Counted from the stretch's first letter, positions 34,983 to 45,012 are shown. The stretch: 64,000 nt of DNA from Candidatus Nanohalarchaeota archaeon (GCA_022729235.1 JALDAJ010000001.1:288001-352000), one strand, 5' to 3'. The notes: generated from the sequence alone by a model not told the origin. Translations and numbers: made by a program.

Positions 34983-37019
34983 TCACGGCGAGCTGACCTT
35001 CTCAAGTTTCTTTTCGGCGTTCTCAAGAATTTTCTCCTCATTTCTCTTCCTTTCCATTATATTTCCTAATAGGCTCTTGACCCTCTGGTTTATCTCAACC
35101 GCCTCATGTATATTATGGAGGACTCTGTTCGCATCTACACCCCGGCTTGATATCTCCTTGTTAAGCTCCGTCACGCTATCTCTCAGAGACATTATTTCTG
35201 TTTCGCCCCAGAGCTGGTCAAGTTTCTCGGAGTTGTCATAATTTTCGTTCAGGAACTCTATATCCTGGAGACCTAAGTCTTCTTCCCTGTTTAAGATGCC
35301 CAAGCATTTCTGCATCTGATCATAGAGGTGGTCGAACAGCATAATCGTCTCCAGTGACTCTCCCAGGTCGTACGGGTCGCCTTCGTATACACCTCTGTTA
35401 ACAGCCTGCTCTGCTACCATGATTAGGAACTCCTCTCGTTCTCCGCTGAAGTCTTCATATGCTGTGTTGAGAGCTACGTGTATCCTATAAGCCTCCCTGT
35501 ATCTCTCCATCCACTCTTCTAGGTGAGCTAGCTCTCTTCTCACATGCTTCTCCTCATCTTTTTCCACATCACTGACCTCTCTCACTTCATCCTCGATTCC
35601 TCTCATATCTTGTATCATCTTAGCCGTTCCTGCCCCCGCACTATCAGCTGTGTCATATCCACTTTCCTTGCCGGCTTTTTCCAGGTAGCTCGTAACACCT
35701 CCACCTATAGACTTTGCGCGGAACTTACCGTCCTTGGTGAACCCATCTTCGAGTTCACTCAGAGCCTCTCTCAGATTTTTAAGGAGGTGTATAACACGGA
35801 TATACCGGTCATATATATGCTTGAGATCTTCTAACTCCTCTTTTTCGTCCCTGAGAACGGTTCTGGCTTCTTTCAGCACTTCTTCCAGCTCCTTCTCCTC
35901 CACCTTAAGAAGATTCTCTACGTCATGCCTGTCCAGGACGGAAAGAACTTTCTGGACGCTCTCGGTCGATCTCCCTCCCTCTCTTATTTCCTGTATGACG
36001 TACCATAGGAACTCGTTGTTCACCTCCCTGTGATGTTTCAGTTCCTGTAGAAGAATAGTCATGTTCTGCTGGTTCTGCACCACCATCTGGACGAGGTTCA
36101 CAAAGGTGTTGAAATTGATGTCGCCGTAGTCGTCACCTATATGGATATCGCCTGTCTTGATATCCTCTAGATGTACCGCGTTTCTTTCCTGCATCACGTT
36201 CATCATCTGCTCAAGCATCACCACGAACTGGTCTCCTGCCGGCGTGTCCACCTCGACACTTATCTCGTTCTCCAGGTCCTGTAGGATGTTGATTTCAGCG
36301 CTCAACTCATTTACATTGACGTTCAGCTGTTCTACCTCGGCTTTTAGCTCGTTTAACACGTTTATAATCATCTCATCTTTCTCGGAGACTCTATTCTCCA
36401 TGAGAAACGCCAAGATAGCTTCAAGATCATTGTCAACGTGAGCAAAGGCAGATGCCTCCGCAGACATTCCCTCACCCCCAGGAGCGCCACCGCCCGATAT
36501 CTCGTTCTTGATCTCTACTTCCATTTCCTGTATAGCCCCAACTATCGCATCCCCTATCTGGTTTATCTGGTTGACTATGACCTCTGTGTCTCCACCATCT
36601 ACACCGCGCCCTATCCGCATGATCTGCTCAAGCTCATTAGCTACCTCCACTATAGTTTCTCCTGAGTCGACGGCGACACCTCGTGATTCGAGGTCCTGGA
36701 CAACGTTTACCAGACCCCGGATAACAGTTGAGATATTTTCTATCTCTGCGCTTATGTTGTTGACCTGTTCTTGTGTCGCATCGATACTGCCTATGAGTTC
36801 GTCCGGTACTTCAAGCTCTATAGAATCAGGTATATCTGGACCTTCAGGCGGTTCCCCCGTTCCCTCGTCCTCTGGTTCAGGTCCCGGTCCTCTATCTCTG
36901 GGAGAGTCATTTCCTCTACGCGCAGGGGACGTTGAGCCCTCGTGCATGAAGATTATCACCATCAGCAATAGGAAAAGCCCGGCTAGAGTCGCCAGAACCG
37001 GGTCGCTGTGAAGACTCAT
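34983..37019 (-). CDS. N-terminally anchored 678-aa helical/coiled-coil protein
   Basis: Single N-terminal TM, Pro/Gly linker, I/V/N/Q-rich heptads, charged helical C-half. Confidence 0.8.
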   Translation of the reverse strand: MSLHSDPVLATLAGLFLLLMVIIFMHEGSTSPARRGNDSPRDRGPGPEPEDEGTGEPPEGPDIPDSIELEVPDELIGSIDATQEQVNNISAEIENISTVIRGLVNVVQDLESRGVAVDSGETIVEVANELEQIMRIGRGVDGGDTEVIVNQINQIGDAIVGAIQEMEVEIKNEISGGGAPGGEGMSAEASAFAHVDNDLEAILAFLMENRVSEKDEMIINVLNELKAEVEQLNVNVNELSAEINILQDLENEISVEVDTPAGDQFVVMLEQMMNVMQERNAVHLEDIKTGDIHIGDDYGDINFNTFVNLVQMVVQNQQNMTILLQELKHHREVNNEFLWYVIQEIREGGRSTESVQKVLSVLDRHDVENLLKVEEKELEEVLKEARTVLRDEKEELEDLKHIYDRYIRVIHLLKNLREALSELEDGFTKDGKFRAKSIGGGVTSYLEKAGKESGYDTADSAGAGTAKMIQDMRGIEDEVREVSDVEKDEEKHVRRELAHLEEWMERYREAYRIHVALNTAYEDFSGEREEFLIMVAEQAVNRGVYEGDPYDLGESLETIMLFDHLYDQMQKCLGILNREEDLGLQDIEFLNENYDNSEKLDQLWGETEIMSLRDSVTELNKEISSRGVDANRVLHNIHEAVEINQRVKSLLGNIMERKRNEEKILENAEKKLEKVSSP

Positions 37020-37051
37020 AGGGTAAAATTTCGTCGCTTGACTTATAATTT

Positions 37052-37282
37052 CTAGCTGAATTTATCCAGGCGTTCCAGAGTCTCCAGTATTCCCCATGCG
37101 TAAATCACGGCTTCGAATGCACGGATGAAGTCTTCTTCTTCAAGGAAGTGATACGTGTCGTCCCTGTATGCCAGGACGTTCTCCATCTGCTCCACCTCAC
37201 TATCTCGTTTTTCCAGCCTTTCTTCAAGCTTCTCCAGCCACTTCTCCGTCTCTTCCTTCAACTTCTCCTGTGTCTTATCCAC
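37052..37282 (-). CDS. DUF357 family protein
   Basis: AYRDDTYHFLEEEDFIRAFEAVIYAWGILE; typical neighbour of dph5. Confidence 0.85.
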   Translation of the reverse strand: MDKTQEKLKEETEKWLEKLEERLEKRDSEVEQMENVLAYRDDTYHFLEEEDFIRAFEAVIYAWGILETLERLDKFS

Positions 37283-37985
37283 GGTGTTCCTCCAGGAACT
37301 CTGCCTCTTTGTGGTCGGCCTCTCCTGTTAATACAATTGAATGTGGCGGTCGCCCGAACTTCTCTTCCGTAATCTTATCAAGTCTTGCGACAGTTATCCA
37401 CTGCGAGCTCTGGTTGGCGCGTTCAAGGACCACCGCCTCCCGTTCTTTATCGATACCGAGGTCGATGAGTTTTTCCGCGGCGTCGGTCGCAGAATAGTCA
37501 ATATCGAGTAATACCAGCGTGTGTAAACCGATGGAGTCGTTCTCTTCAACGTGCGCCATTAAGGACTGGGGCTTTGCATCTTCAGGCAGTGTTACAACAC
37601 GACCGAACTTGTAGACGTTGAGACCTGTCTCCGCCACCGAAGTTAGGATCGAAGGCCCATGGACCACTTCTACCTTCACATCGCGCTCTTCCGCCCGGTG
37701 TTTGATATCGTAATGAGTGGTAGCTGTTAGAGGATCACCAGATACCAGGAAAGCGATATCCATCTCTCCCGCGCCTTCGACTATCAGGTCTTTCTGCTCG
37801 ACCTCTTCGCGCGACAGCTCTTCTATCTCCGTCCCTGTTTTCTCCTCTATTAAATCGAGATCGATGTCCTTGGTGTTCGTATAGAATTCGACGTACGCAT
37901 GATCGACCTCTTCGAGAGCTTCTAATCCTTTTTGAGTGATCTCGTTGTCGTCCAGTCCCAGACCTATCATGTAGAGCATAACCAT
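37275..37985 (-). CDS. dph5: Diphthine synthase
   Basis: LYMIGLGL, EFYT, GDPLTATTH, GLNVYKFG and LHTLVLLD motifs. Confidence 0.95.
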   Translation of the reverse strand: MVMLYMIGLGLDDNEITQKGLEALEEVDHAYVEFYTNTKDIDLDLIEEKTGTEIEELSREEVEQKDLIVEGAGEMDIAFLVSGDPLTATTHYDIKHRAEERDVKVEVVHGPSILTSVAETGLNVYKFGRVVTLPEDAKPQSLMAHVEENDSIGLHTLVLLDIDYSATDAAEKLIDLGIDKEREAVVLERANQSSQWITVARLDKITEEKFGRPPHSIVLTGEADHKEAEFLEEHRG

Positions 37986-38020
37986 TATGCATAAAGCAGT
38001 TCTTATTAGCTGTACGGTCT

Positions 38021-39037
38021 ATGGAACAGGAAAAATTGGAGCGGCGTGTCAGAGAGATTTTTGAGCAACAGGGCTTTGAAGTAGAGCAAGACGGGAACGA
38101 GATCGTCGCGACAAAAGGCGATGACCGGAAGAAAATCCAGGTTTTCTCATCCGATGATTATACCGGAGAAGAACTGGTTGACAGAGTTGATGCCGACCTT
38201 GTCTTCGTGGATGAAGACCTGCCAGAAATCACGGACGAGTTGGAGTCCGAGGTTTCTATCATCAGAGACGAGAGAGATAAAGAAGATTACGACCTGCCCT
38301 CGTACGAGCTGATAGGCGACATCGCAGTCATCAACGACCTCGCGGGGCGCGACCAAGAGGAAGCGGTTGAAGGCATACTTGAGCACCACCCTTACGTTGA
38401 AACAGTATTATTGAAGGATGAGCCGTTGAGCGGAGAGTTCCGGGTCGGCGGATACGAGAAGCTGTATGGAGAGGAGATCGAGACCATTCACAAAGAGTAC
38501 GGCTGCCGTTACAGGGTCGACCCTACAAAGGCTTACTTCTCGGAGCGGCTTGCAACTGAACGGAAACGTGTTGTAGACCAGATAGAGGAGGACGAACGCG
38601 TTCTTGTTATAGGCGCCGGTGTAGGACCTTATCCTGTTCTAGCGGCGAGGAAAGCCGACCCTGAGAAAGTCGTGGCGGTCGAGAAGAACCCTGACGCATA
38701 CAGATATCTTAAGGAGAACATTGAACTGAACAACGTGGAGGACATCGTTAAAGCTGTTAAAGGTGACGCACTGGAAGAAGTTTCTGAAAACGAAAAGTTC
38801 GACAGAGTCATCATCGCGATACCGGAGTTCGCGGACGAGTTCCTGGAGCTAGCTTTTGACAACGCCAGAAAAGAGAGCGTCATCCATTACTACCGGTTCC
38901 TGGAGGATGAGCAGTGGGAAGAAATCATCGAAGAAATAGAAGAGACCGGTGAAAGCTACGAAGTACTGGACAAAGTTGTATGCGGCCAGAGAGGTCCCGG
39001 CGTTGATAGGGTTTGTATAGATATAGAAGCAAAGTGA
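38021..39037 (+). CDS. trm5: Trm5/Tyw2-family tRNA G37 methyltransferase with atypical N-terminal domain
   Basis: YELIGDIAVI, GEFRV, TIHKEYG, YFSERLATER, AGVGPY and EKNPDA motifs. Confidence 0.85.
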   Translation: MEQEKLERRVREIFEQQGFEVEQDGNEIVATKGDDRKKIQVFSSDDYTGEELVDRVDADLVFVDEDLPEITDELESEVSIIRDERDKEDYDLPSYELIGDIAVINDLAGRDQEEAVEGILEHHPYVETVLLKDEPLSGEFRVGGYEKLYGEEIETIHKEYGCRYRVDPTKAYFSERLATERKRVVDQIEEDERVLVIGAGVGPYPVLAARKADPEKVVAVEKNPDAYRYLKENIELNNVEDIVKAVKGDALEEVSENEKFDRVIIAIPEFADEFLELAFDNARKESVIHYYRFLEDEQWEEIIEEIEETGESYEVLDKVVCGQRGPGVDRVCIDIEAK

Positions 39038-39089
39038 CCTTTCCCTAGCAAATTCAAAGTATTTATTACTTTTCTGTGATAACTACTTC

Positions 39090-40205
39090 ATGGTGGAACC
39101 GATAGAGGAAGTAAAGACCCAGATTAGGGACTACGAAGACTGGATGAGGCAAGTGAAAGACCCTGAGAAAGGGGTCGAAGACTACGACTTCATCGACCAG
39201 GCGATTCACAGCAACGACTCGATGCAAAGCGGGTTCGTTGCTAACATCGGAGCTTACCTGGCAGTGTACGGGTCAGATGACTCAGACGTAGACGATGAAC
39301 TCCTCGCAGAACTCGATCACAGACTCACCGACAGGGCACGAGAAGAAGCCGAATCACCGCCCCACGTAAGAGAAAAAACCAAACACCGAGACATAGTCTA
39401 TGGAAACGGACGAAGAGAAGGAAAAGGGCTCCTGGACAGAGGTTTCGGAGAACACGACTCTGGACACGGATTCCTCCAGAACATGATCGACGAGTTCGAG
39501 GACGAAACAGATAATGAAGAAGATACTATACCCCACAAACCCGAACCAACAGCTAACGGAGGTGAAAGAATGACAGACGGAAAAGGAGAAGACGATGGAG
39601 ACAGAGACGTTACTGACCTAGACCTGCTAACAGTAGACTTCAGCCAAGACGCAGAAGATGTCTTCCACGACGCAGAGAGAAGGAAAGAGCAAGCACTCAG
39701 CGAAGTGAAGGACGTAATACCCGACGACCACGATGTAAGACTAGATAGAGTAGAGGGATACCTAGATCAGACAACGAGAGAAGCCAAAAAGGCAATGGAC
39801 GAGCTGGAAGACCAGAGAGATGAAGTAGCACGCGAAGCCGCGTACATGCAGATGATAGTAACCGACGTACTCGTAGAAGTAGCAGAAGGATATGGCGAGC
39901 TCTACGAGACCGTAGACGAAGGAATAGACCAACTACTGCGAGAACACGACGGCGTTAGAGAACCTGAGCTCTGGGACACAGTGATGCCAGAGGGCGTCAA
40001 GAACAGAGCGCTAGGGCACGCCAGAGCCATCCTGGGAGACGACTACGAACCAGAAGTACCTGCAGAACTCATGGACGAGGACCCTTACCCGACAGAGGAA
40101 GAAGTCGAGGAATACCTAGAAGAAGGAGAAACAGAGGCAGCGTACTTCGAGGGACTCATGCGAGCATTCCAGGACAGGTTCACAAGGTACCGACATGAGG
40201 GTTGA
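39090..40205 (+). CDS. Hypothetical acidic helical protein with a possible internal start at 39570
   Basis: Long purine-rich ORF; GGAGGTGA 4 nt before the in-frame ATG at 39570. Confidence 0.75.
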   Translation: MVEPIEEVKTQIRDYEDWMRQVKDPEKGVEDYDFIDQAIHSNDSMQSGFVANIGAYLAVYGSDDSDVDDELLAELDHRLTDRAREEAESPPHVREKTKHRDIVYGNGRREGKGLLDRGFGEHDSGHGFLQNMIDEFEDETDNEEDTIPHKPEPTANGGERMTDGKGEDDGDRDVTDLDLLTVDFSQDAEDVFHDAERRKEQALSEVKDVIPDDHDVRLDRVEGYLDQTTREAKKAMDELEDQRDEVAREAAYMQMIVTDVLVEVAEGYGELYETVDEGIDQLLREHDGVREPELWDTVMPEGVKNRALGHARAILGDDYEPEVPAELMDEDPYPTEEEVEEYLEEGETEAAYFEGLMRAFQDRFTRYRHEG

Positions 40206-40454
40206 ATCCCCACCATTCTTTTATTTATTACTGTTTAATAACAACTTATGCCTTCGGAAGAAGATCCTGAAGAAGTTTTCCATCAGTCAGCGCAAGGTCT
40301 TGAAGACGCCCTGAGATACACCAGAGAACAGACGCCTGATGACGAAGAAATTGAAGAACTTGATGAACGCTGGACAGAATTAAGAAACAGACTAAGCAGA
40401 GACACAGGAGCGGCAGAAGACCAGAGAGATGAAGTAGCACACGAAGCCGCGTAC
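39807..40454 (+). repeat. 39-bp direct repeat (39807-39845 and 40416-40454, one mismatch)
   Basis: GAAGACCAGAGAGATGAAGTAGCAC(G/A)CGAAGCCGCGTAC, encoding EDQRDEVA(R/H)EAAY in two adjacent genes. Confidence 0.9.
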
Positions 40455-40976
40455 CTCATGACAGTAGCCTCTGATGCCATCAGAGGTATCGCGGACAGAG
40501 GCGGTCGTTCATACGACCAGGCAGAAAACATACTTGACGAACTCGAAGACCTAGGAGGTCCGCGAGGACCAACATCGACCAGAAGGCGCGCCATAAGATG
40601 GGGGCTGGGAGCGCTGACTGCAGGTGCGCTAGGAGGTGCTGCCGTGGTTGCAGGTTCAGAAGCCTACGACCACCTGACAGACCCAGAATTTACACCCGAA
40701 ACATATGACCCTATGATAGAGGATCACGGCGACCTAAACGAACTGGGTAACGAGTACTCTGTAAGCAGTCACAAGAGTCTGAGAGAACTAGCCGGAGAGA
40801 TAGACAGCGCGCTGGACGACCACAGGAGAGTCAGCATAGGTCTCGACTCCCAGCTTCTAGGAGGATACGCAGATATAGGAATAAGGAGAAACAATCACGC
40901 AGAATGGACTCTCCAGTCAAGGACAGAACTGGGAGACGGGTACTCTAGGGCGCTCGAACTGGCGAGAGATATCTGA
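40248..40976 (+). CDS. Hypothetical single-TM protein, partial paralog of the upstream gene, with an internal twin-arginine-like motif
   Basis: Shared EDQRDEVAxEAAY helix; STRRRAIRWGLGALTAGALGG. Confidence 0.78.
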   Translation: MPSEEDPEEVFHQSAQGLEDALRYTREQTPDDEEIEELDERWTELRNRLSRDTGAAEDQRDEVAHEAAYLMTVASDAIRGIADRGGRSYDQAENILDELEDLGGPRGPTSTRRRAIRWGLGALTAGALGGAAVVAGSEAYDHLTDPEFTPETYDPMIEDHGDLNELGNEYSVSSHKSLRELAGEIDSALDDHRRVSIGLDSQLLGGYADIGIRRNNHAEWTLQSRTELGDGYSRALELARDI

Positions 40977-41047
40977 AACAATGCTGATGTCACTTGAAAG
41001 TGACAAAACATATTTAAAGGTTGATGTGATAGACTGCACGTGATAAC

Positions 41048-42220
41048 ATGACAAAAGACAACGGAACTACACGCAGAAACCTCATGAGAGGCATGGTAGC
41101 AGTTGGTGCTGCAGCAGGTTCTTCTGGCTGTGTAGGTCCTGCTTCAGGAGTCATACTAGGACGATATGTTGAGGGTATCAACAAAGAACATTTCGAAAAC
41201 GCGGTTGAAGGGCTTAAAACAGAAGGAGAGGGCGTAATAGGCAATCTCGAAGAACTTGAACAGAGTGTCGAAAGCATACTATCCCTGAACGCGCAGGATT
41301 ACGAACCTACTCGCGGCGGATTCCCTGTGATGGACGGTATCCGGCTGGCATCAGAGGGAGAGACCCAGATAAGAGTGGAAGAGGACGGAGACGCAGAAAA
41401 CTTCTACGATGAAGCTCCCTCCGAATCACTCGATCTAACTCCCGAAGATCTAGTTGATGAGGTATCAAACAAGATAGGATTGACAGAAAAACAAACTGCT
41501 AGAGCACCGAACGACGAGCTTATACGGACTTTCTCCGACATGGTTCCATATGTCAGGGTTACTGATCAGTGGCAGCAACCTGAACTCGGTGACGAAGTGG
41601 TCGACGATTTCGTCGAACTCCGGGACGAGATGATCGAACTTGAGGAAAAGTTCGCCGAAAACATCCTAGAACTGGGCGCAGTATACAGACAGTTCAGGAG
41701 CGAAAGAAGGAGCCTCGAAGAAGCAGATACCGCGCCTAGAAGATGGATAAGAGATGATGGCTTTGAGAAGGATAGGCACTTCACGGCATCAGGCGCGGAG
41801 AATTACGCGGATGTCATCAGAGATTTAGAGGACTCCTACGGAGAAATGGCAGTAGAATGGACTCGACAATACGCGGCTGTCCACTCTGGACGGAGAATGA
41901 TGGAACACGTTACAGAGGAAGTTTGGGAGTTACAGGAGATTTTCAGTGAAGGAGAATACGACGAGACCGGACGTCCCAGAGATGAAGAACCAAATCAAGA
42001 AGAATGGAACGACATCAACTGGCAAGAATACTGCGACTGGGAGGACGACGAATGGGATGCAATAGAGAACTTCGCCGACGAGAACGATGTATCAGTCACC
42101 GAACTCAACTATGATGTGACTGCAAGTCAGGGCGGCTTCCTCGCTGAAGTTCAATACGTGGAAGACGATGAAGCGGTTGACACTATAACTATCGACTACG
42201 TGGAAGGTTGTGGAGCTTAA
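41048..42220 (+). CDS. Tat-type lipoprotein, helical
   Basis: TTRRNLMRG twin-arginine motif and SSGC lipobox. Confidence 0.75.
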   Translation: MTKDNGTTRRNLMRGMVAVGAAAGSSGCVGPASGVILGRYVEGINKEHFENAVEGLKTEGEGVIGNLEELEQSVESILSLNAQDYEPTRGGFPVMDGIRLASEGETQIRVEEDGDAENFYDEAPSESLDLTPEDLVDEVSNKIGLTEKQTARAPNDELIRTFSDMVPYVRVTDQWQQPELGDEVVDDFVELRDEMIELEEKFAENILELGAVYRQFRSERRSLEEADTAPRRWIRDDGFEKDRHFTASGAENYADVIRDLEDSYGEMAVEWTRQYAAVHSGRRMMEHVTEEVWELQEIFSEGEYDETGRPRDEEPNQEEWNDINWQEYCDWEDDEWDAIENFADENDVSVTELNYDVTASQGGFLAEVQYVEDDEAVDTITIDYVEGCGA

Positions 42221-42231
42221 GAGGTGATAAA

Positions 42232-44922
42232 TTGAGAAAAACATTGTTACTGATATTCACCCTATTTTTAGTCTCTTTTGCGGCAGGAGAGGTATCTTCT
42301 GTCTCAATAAATGAACTGCCTGCAGATACAAAGGTCGAGAACACGTTCGAAGTAGAAGGTTCAGCTACAGGAGACAATCTCCAGAAACTTTACCTCAGGT
42401 ACCGGCAGAAGGGAGAGACAAGCTGGAGAACAATATCCACACAAGAATGTGAAGGGGAAATAGCCTGCAGTGACTCGGACAAGAGCCCGGTTATAGAAGA
42501 AACGTCTACATATGAGTACAGTGTTGCCGCCACCTCGGACAGTGATTGGACCAGATCAGATATCAAAGAAGTCACGTACTACGAGGAATCAGATGACCGC
42601 GTTGATTCAGTGTCAATGAATAATCTTCCTTCCTCGAAAAGAGCTGGCGACACTGTCGAAATCAAAGGCAGTGCAACAGGAGAAGAACTTGATAGTATCG
42701 AAATAAGGAAAAAAGAAGGATTCTCCTGGTCAACTCTGAAATCCAAAGACTGTGAGCAGGAGATTGCTTGCAGTATATCAGAGTATTACACCTCCAACGT
42801 CGAGAGAGACGTAGAATTCAAAGTCAGAGCTGAAGCAGGAGGAGACTCTGATGGCACCGACAGTCAGATAATAAGTTTTTACGAAACAGACCCTAAATCT
42901 CCCGAAGCCAACCTTGAGATCTCACCTTCTGAAGGCGAGATCGGAGACATATTCACGTTCGATGCTTCCGGAAGTTTCGGAAGAGATGCAGAAATAGTGG
43001 AGTACAAATTCGACTTTACAGGAGATGGTAACTGGGAGGAAGAAGGATCGGAAAATATATGGAATGTGGAGGCTGACAGAGAGATATCCACGACCGCGGT
43101 AGTAAAAGTGGTGGATGTAAACGGACTTACTGATACAGATACCGCATCCTACACCGTCACTGATCCAGAATGCGACCTATCCGTGGAGAACTTTGAGGTC
43201 AGCGATACCAGAACAGTTACAGGCGAGGAAGTGACCGTGAGCCTGGACGTCGTGAACAACATGGATACGGAACAGGATGTAGATCTCAGTTTTGAAGCCG
43301 GCGATGAAAGCCAGGATATCTCCCAGGTGATACCTGCTGAAGGAGAGGAACTGTTCGACTGGAGCTTTGAACCCGAGGAAGACGTAGACCTGGAGACAGA
43401 AGTTGTATGTGAGGGAGATTCAATCTTCTTCGACACGACCCCTATCACGGTTGAGGACAAAGGACTCCTATCTGTCAACGTTGAAGACGAGAATGAAAAC
43501 GCCTTAGAGGGCGCTACTGTAGAGGTCAGACTGTCCGGCGAGGATGACCTGATTGAGGAAAGAGATACTGGCGGGGACGGAAAGGTCTCGTTCAGTCTCG
43601 ATCCAGGGACTTATGACGTGGAAGCTTCGAAGACCGGGTACAGGCCTGAGATTCAGGAAGAAGTTGAAGTCGAACTGGATAGGGAATCGGAGATTGACTT
43701 CACGCTGGAAAGCATCCCTGAAGAGCTCAGGATTGACGATGTCACTTATCGAGATCCTGTATGTAGCGGTGAAGACTTCGAAGTCAGTGTAACAGTAGAG
43801 AATACTATGGACCGCAGTCAGAACGTAAGAATACAGGGAGAAGGACTTGGCGCTATAACGAGAGGAACTAGATTCACTGTTCCAAGTCACGATAGCCGTA
43901 CAAGATCTGTCGTGTTCCCGAACATCCAGAGAGATGTGTCCGGAGCCGAGCAGACGTTCGAGATAACCCTCGAAAACAGTGAAACCGATTCCGTCGAGAG
44001 AGAAGTAGAGGTAGTCGACTGTCCGGGAGTCGTAGATCCACAAGCAGCCAGAGGAATCACCCTGGATATCAGCCCCAGAGAGACCGAGGCAGGTCAACCT
44101 GTTAAAGTAGCCGGATACGTCCAGGGCGTAAGAAGAGGTAAGGAAGTGAAAATAAACCTGAACGGAAACCACGTAGATACTGTAGACACTGCGCCCGACG
44201 GATACTACGAGGCATTTGTAAGATCGGAGTTCGCAGGTCAGAACGAAGTCACTGTCTCTGCAGACTCACAGCGCAGGACGAGAACTTTCACAGCAAGCCC
44301 GACGGTTGAAATAGGGTATATGAAGACTCCGAGAGCTGTTTTCCAGGGCGAACAGTTCGAAGTTTGTGGCATGGATATCGAATCACAGGTAACGCCGAGA
44401 GTATATCTTGAAGAAGACGGCGAAATCATAGACTCGAAGAATGAAAGAGGAGATGTCTGCTTCAACGTTACAACCCACGAGACCAGTAAGCACCGGTACC
44501 AGGTATCAGCAGAGGTAGACAGCGAGACAGCCACCATGTCTAAAGACATAGATGTACACCGGGCGGATCAAGAGGCAGTCAACTTCCCTGACAGAGTCGC
44601 AACTGTAAGATCAGGCTCCGGGATGGTACGGGTAACACTTTACAACAGCAACCCCGAGTCGAGAACATACGACGTAGAACTCCGGCAAGTCCCGAGAGAC
44701 TGGTTCTCACAGACAGAGAAACAGGTCACGCTCCAGCCCGGTGAGGAGCAGGAAGTATTCTTCTACTTCACACCGAAGGATCAAGGAGACTTCCAGGGAG
44801 ACCTTGAAGTCCAGAGCGATGGACAGTCCGTCCATTTCGAGAGGATTGACATAAGCAGCACGAGACCAGTGCATAACCAGAGAACGTTCCTTGACAGGCT
44901 TCTAAGCCTTTTCAGGCTTTAA
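42232..44922 (+). CDS. Large secreted multi-Ig-fold surface protein (PKD, CARDB-like and PEGA/carboxypeptidase-regulatory-like domains)
   Basis: TTG start after GAGGTGA; signal peptide; two tandem N-terminal repeats (GSATG...W...C-x5-CS); PKD-like FTFDASGS...YKFDFTGDGNW. Confidence 0.82.
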   Translation: MRKTLLLIFTLFLVSFAAGEVSSVSINELPADTKVENTFEVEGSATGDNLQKLYLRYRQKGETSWRTISTQECEGEIACSDSDKSPVIEETSTYEYSVAATSDSDWTRSDIKEVTYYEESDDRVDSVSMNNLPSSKRAGDTVEIKGSATGEELDSIEIRKKEGFSWSTLKSKDCEQEIACSISEYYTSNVERDVEFKVRAEAGGDSDGTDSQIISFYETDPKSPEANLEISPSEGEIGDIFTFDASGSFGRDAEIVEYKFDFTGDGNWEEEGSENIWNVEADREISTTAVVKVVDVNGLTDTDTASYTVTDPECDLSVENFEVSDTRTVTGEEVTVSLDVVNNMDTEQDVDLSFEAGDESQDISQVIPAEGEELFDWSFEPEEDVDLETEVVCEGDSIFFDTTPITVEDKGLLSVNVEDENENALEGATVEVRLSGEDDLIEERDTGGDGKVSFSLDPGTYDVEASKTGYRPEIQEEVEVELDRESEIDFTLESIPEELRIDDVTYRDPVCSGEDFEVSVTVENTMDRSQNVRIQGEGLGAITRGTRFTVPSHDSRTRSVVFPNIQRDVSGAEQTFEITLENSETDSVEREVEVVDCPGVVDPQAARGITLDISPRETEAGQPVKVAGYVQGVRRGKEVKINLNGNHVDTVDTAPDGYYEAFVRSEFAGQNEVTVSADSQRRTRTFTASPTVEIGYMKTPRAVFQGEQFEVCGMDIESQVTPRVYLEEDGEIIDSKNERGDVCFNVTTHETSKHRYQVSAEVDSETATMSKDIDVHRADQEAVNFPDRVATVRSGSGMVRVTLYNSNPESRTYDVELRQVPRDWFSQTEKQVTLQPGEEQEVFFYFTPKDQGDFQGDLEVQSDGQSVHFERIDISSTRPVHNQRTFLDRLLSLFRL

Positions 44923-45012
44923 TTTATTCGTCTTTAAAAAGTGGTTAAGAACTGTCGCTATCAACGAATATATAAAAGTTAGATAAAGTGTTATTTCTAG
45001 GTGACAATAAAT

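Noticed and set aside
39807-40454. 39-bp repeat as a CRISPR repeat or DGR template/variable pair
   Set aside because: Only two copies about 610 bp apart, both in coding frame, with a single mismatch and no cas or reverse transcriptase gene in the window.
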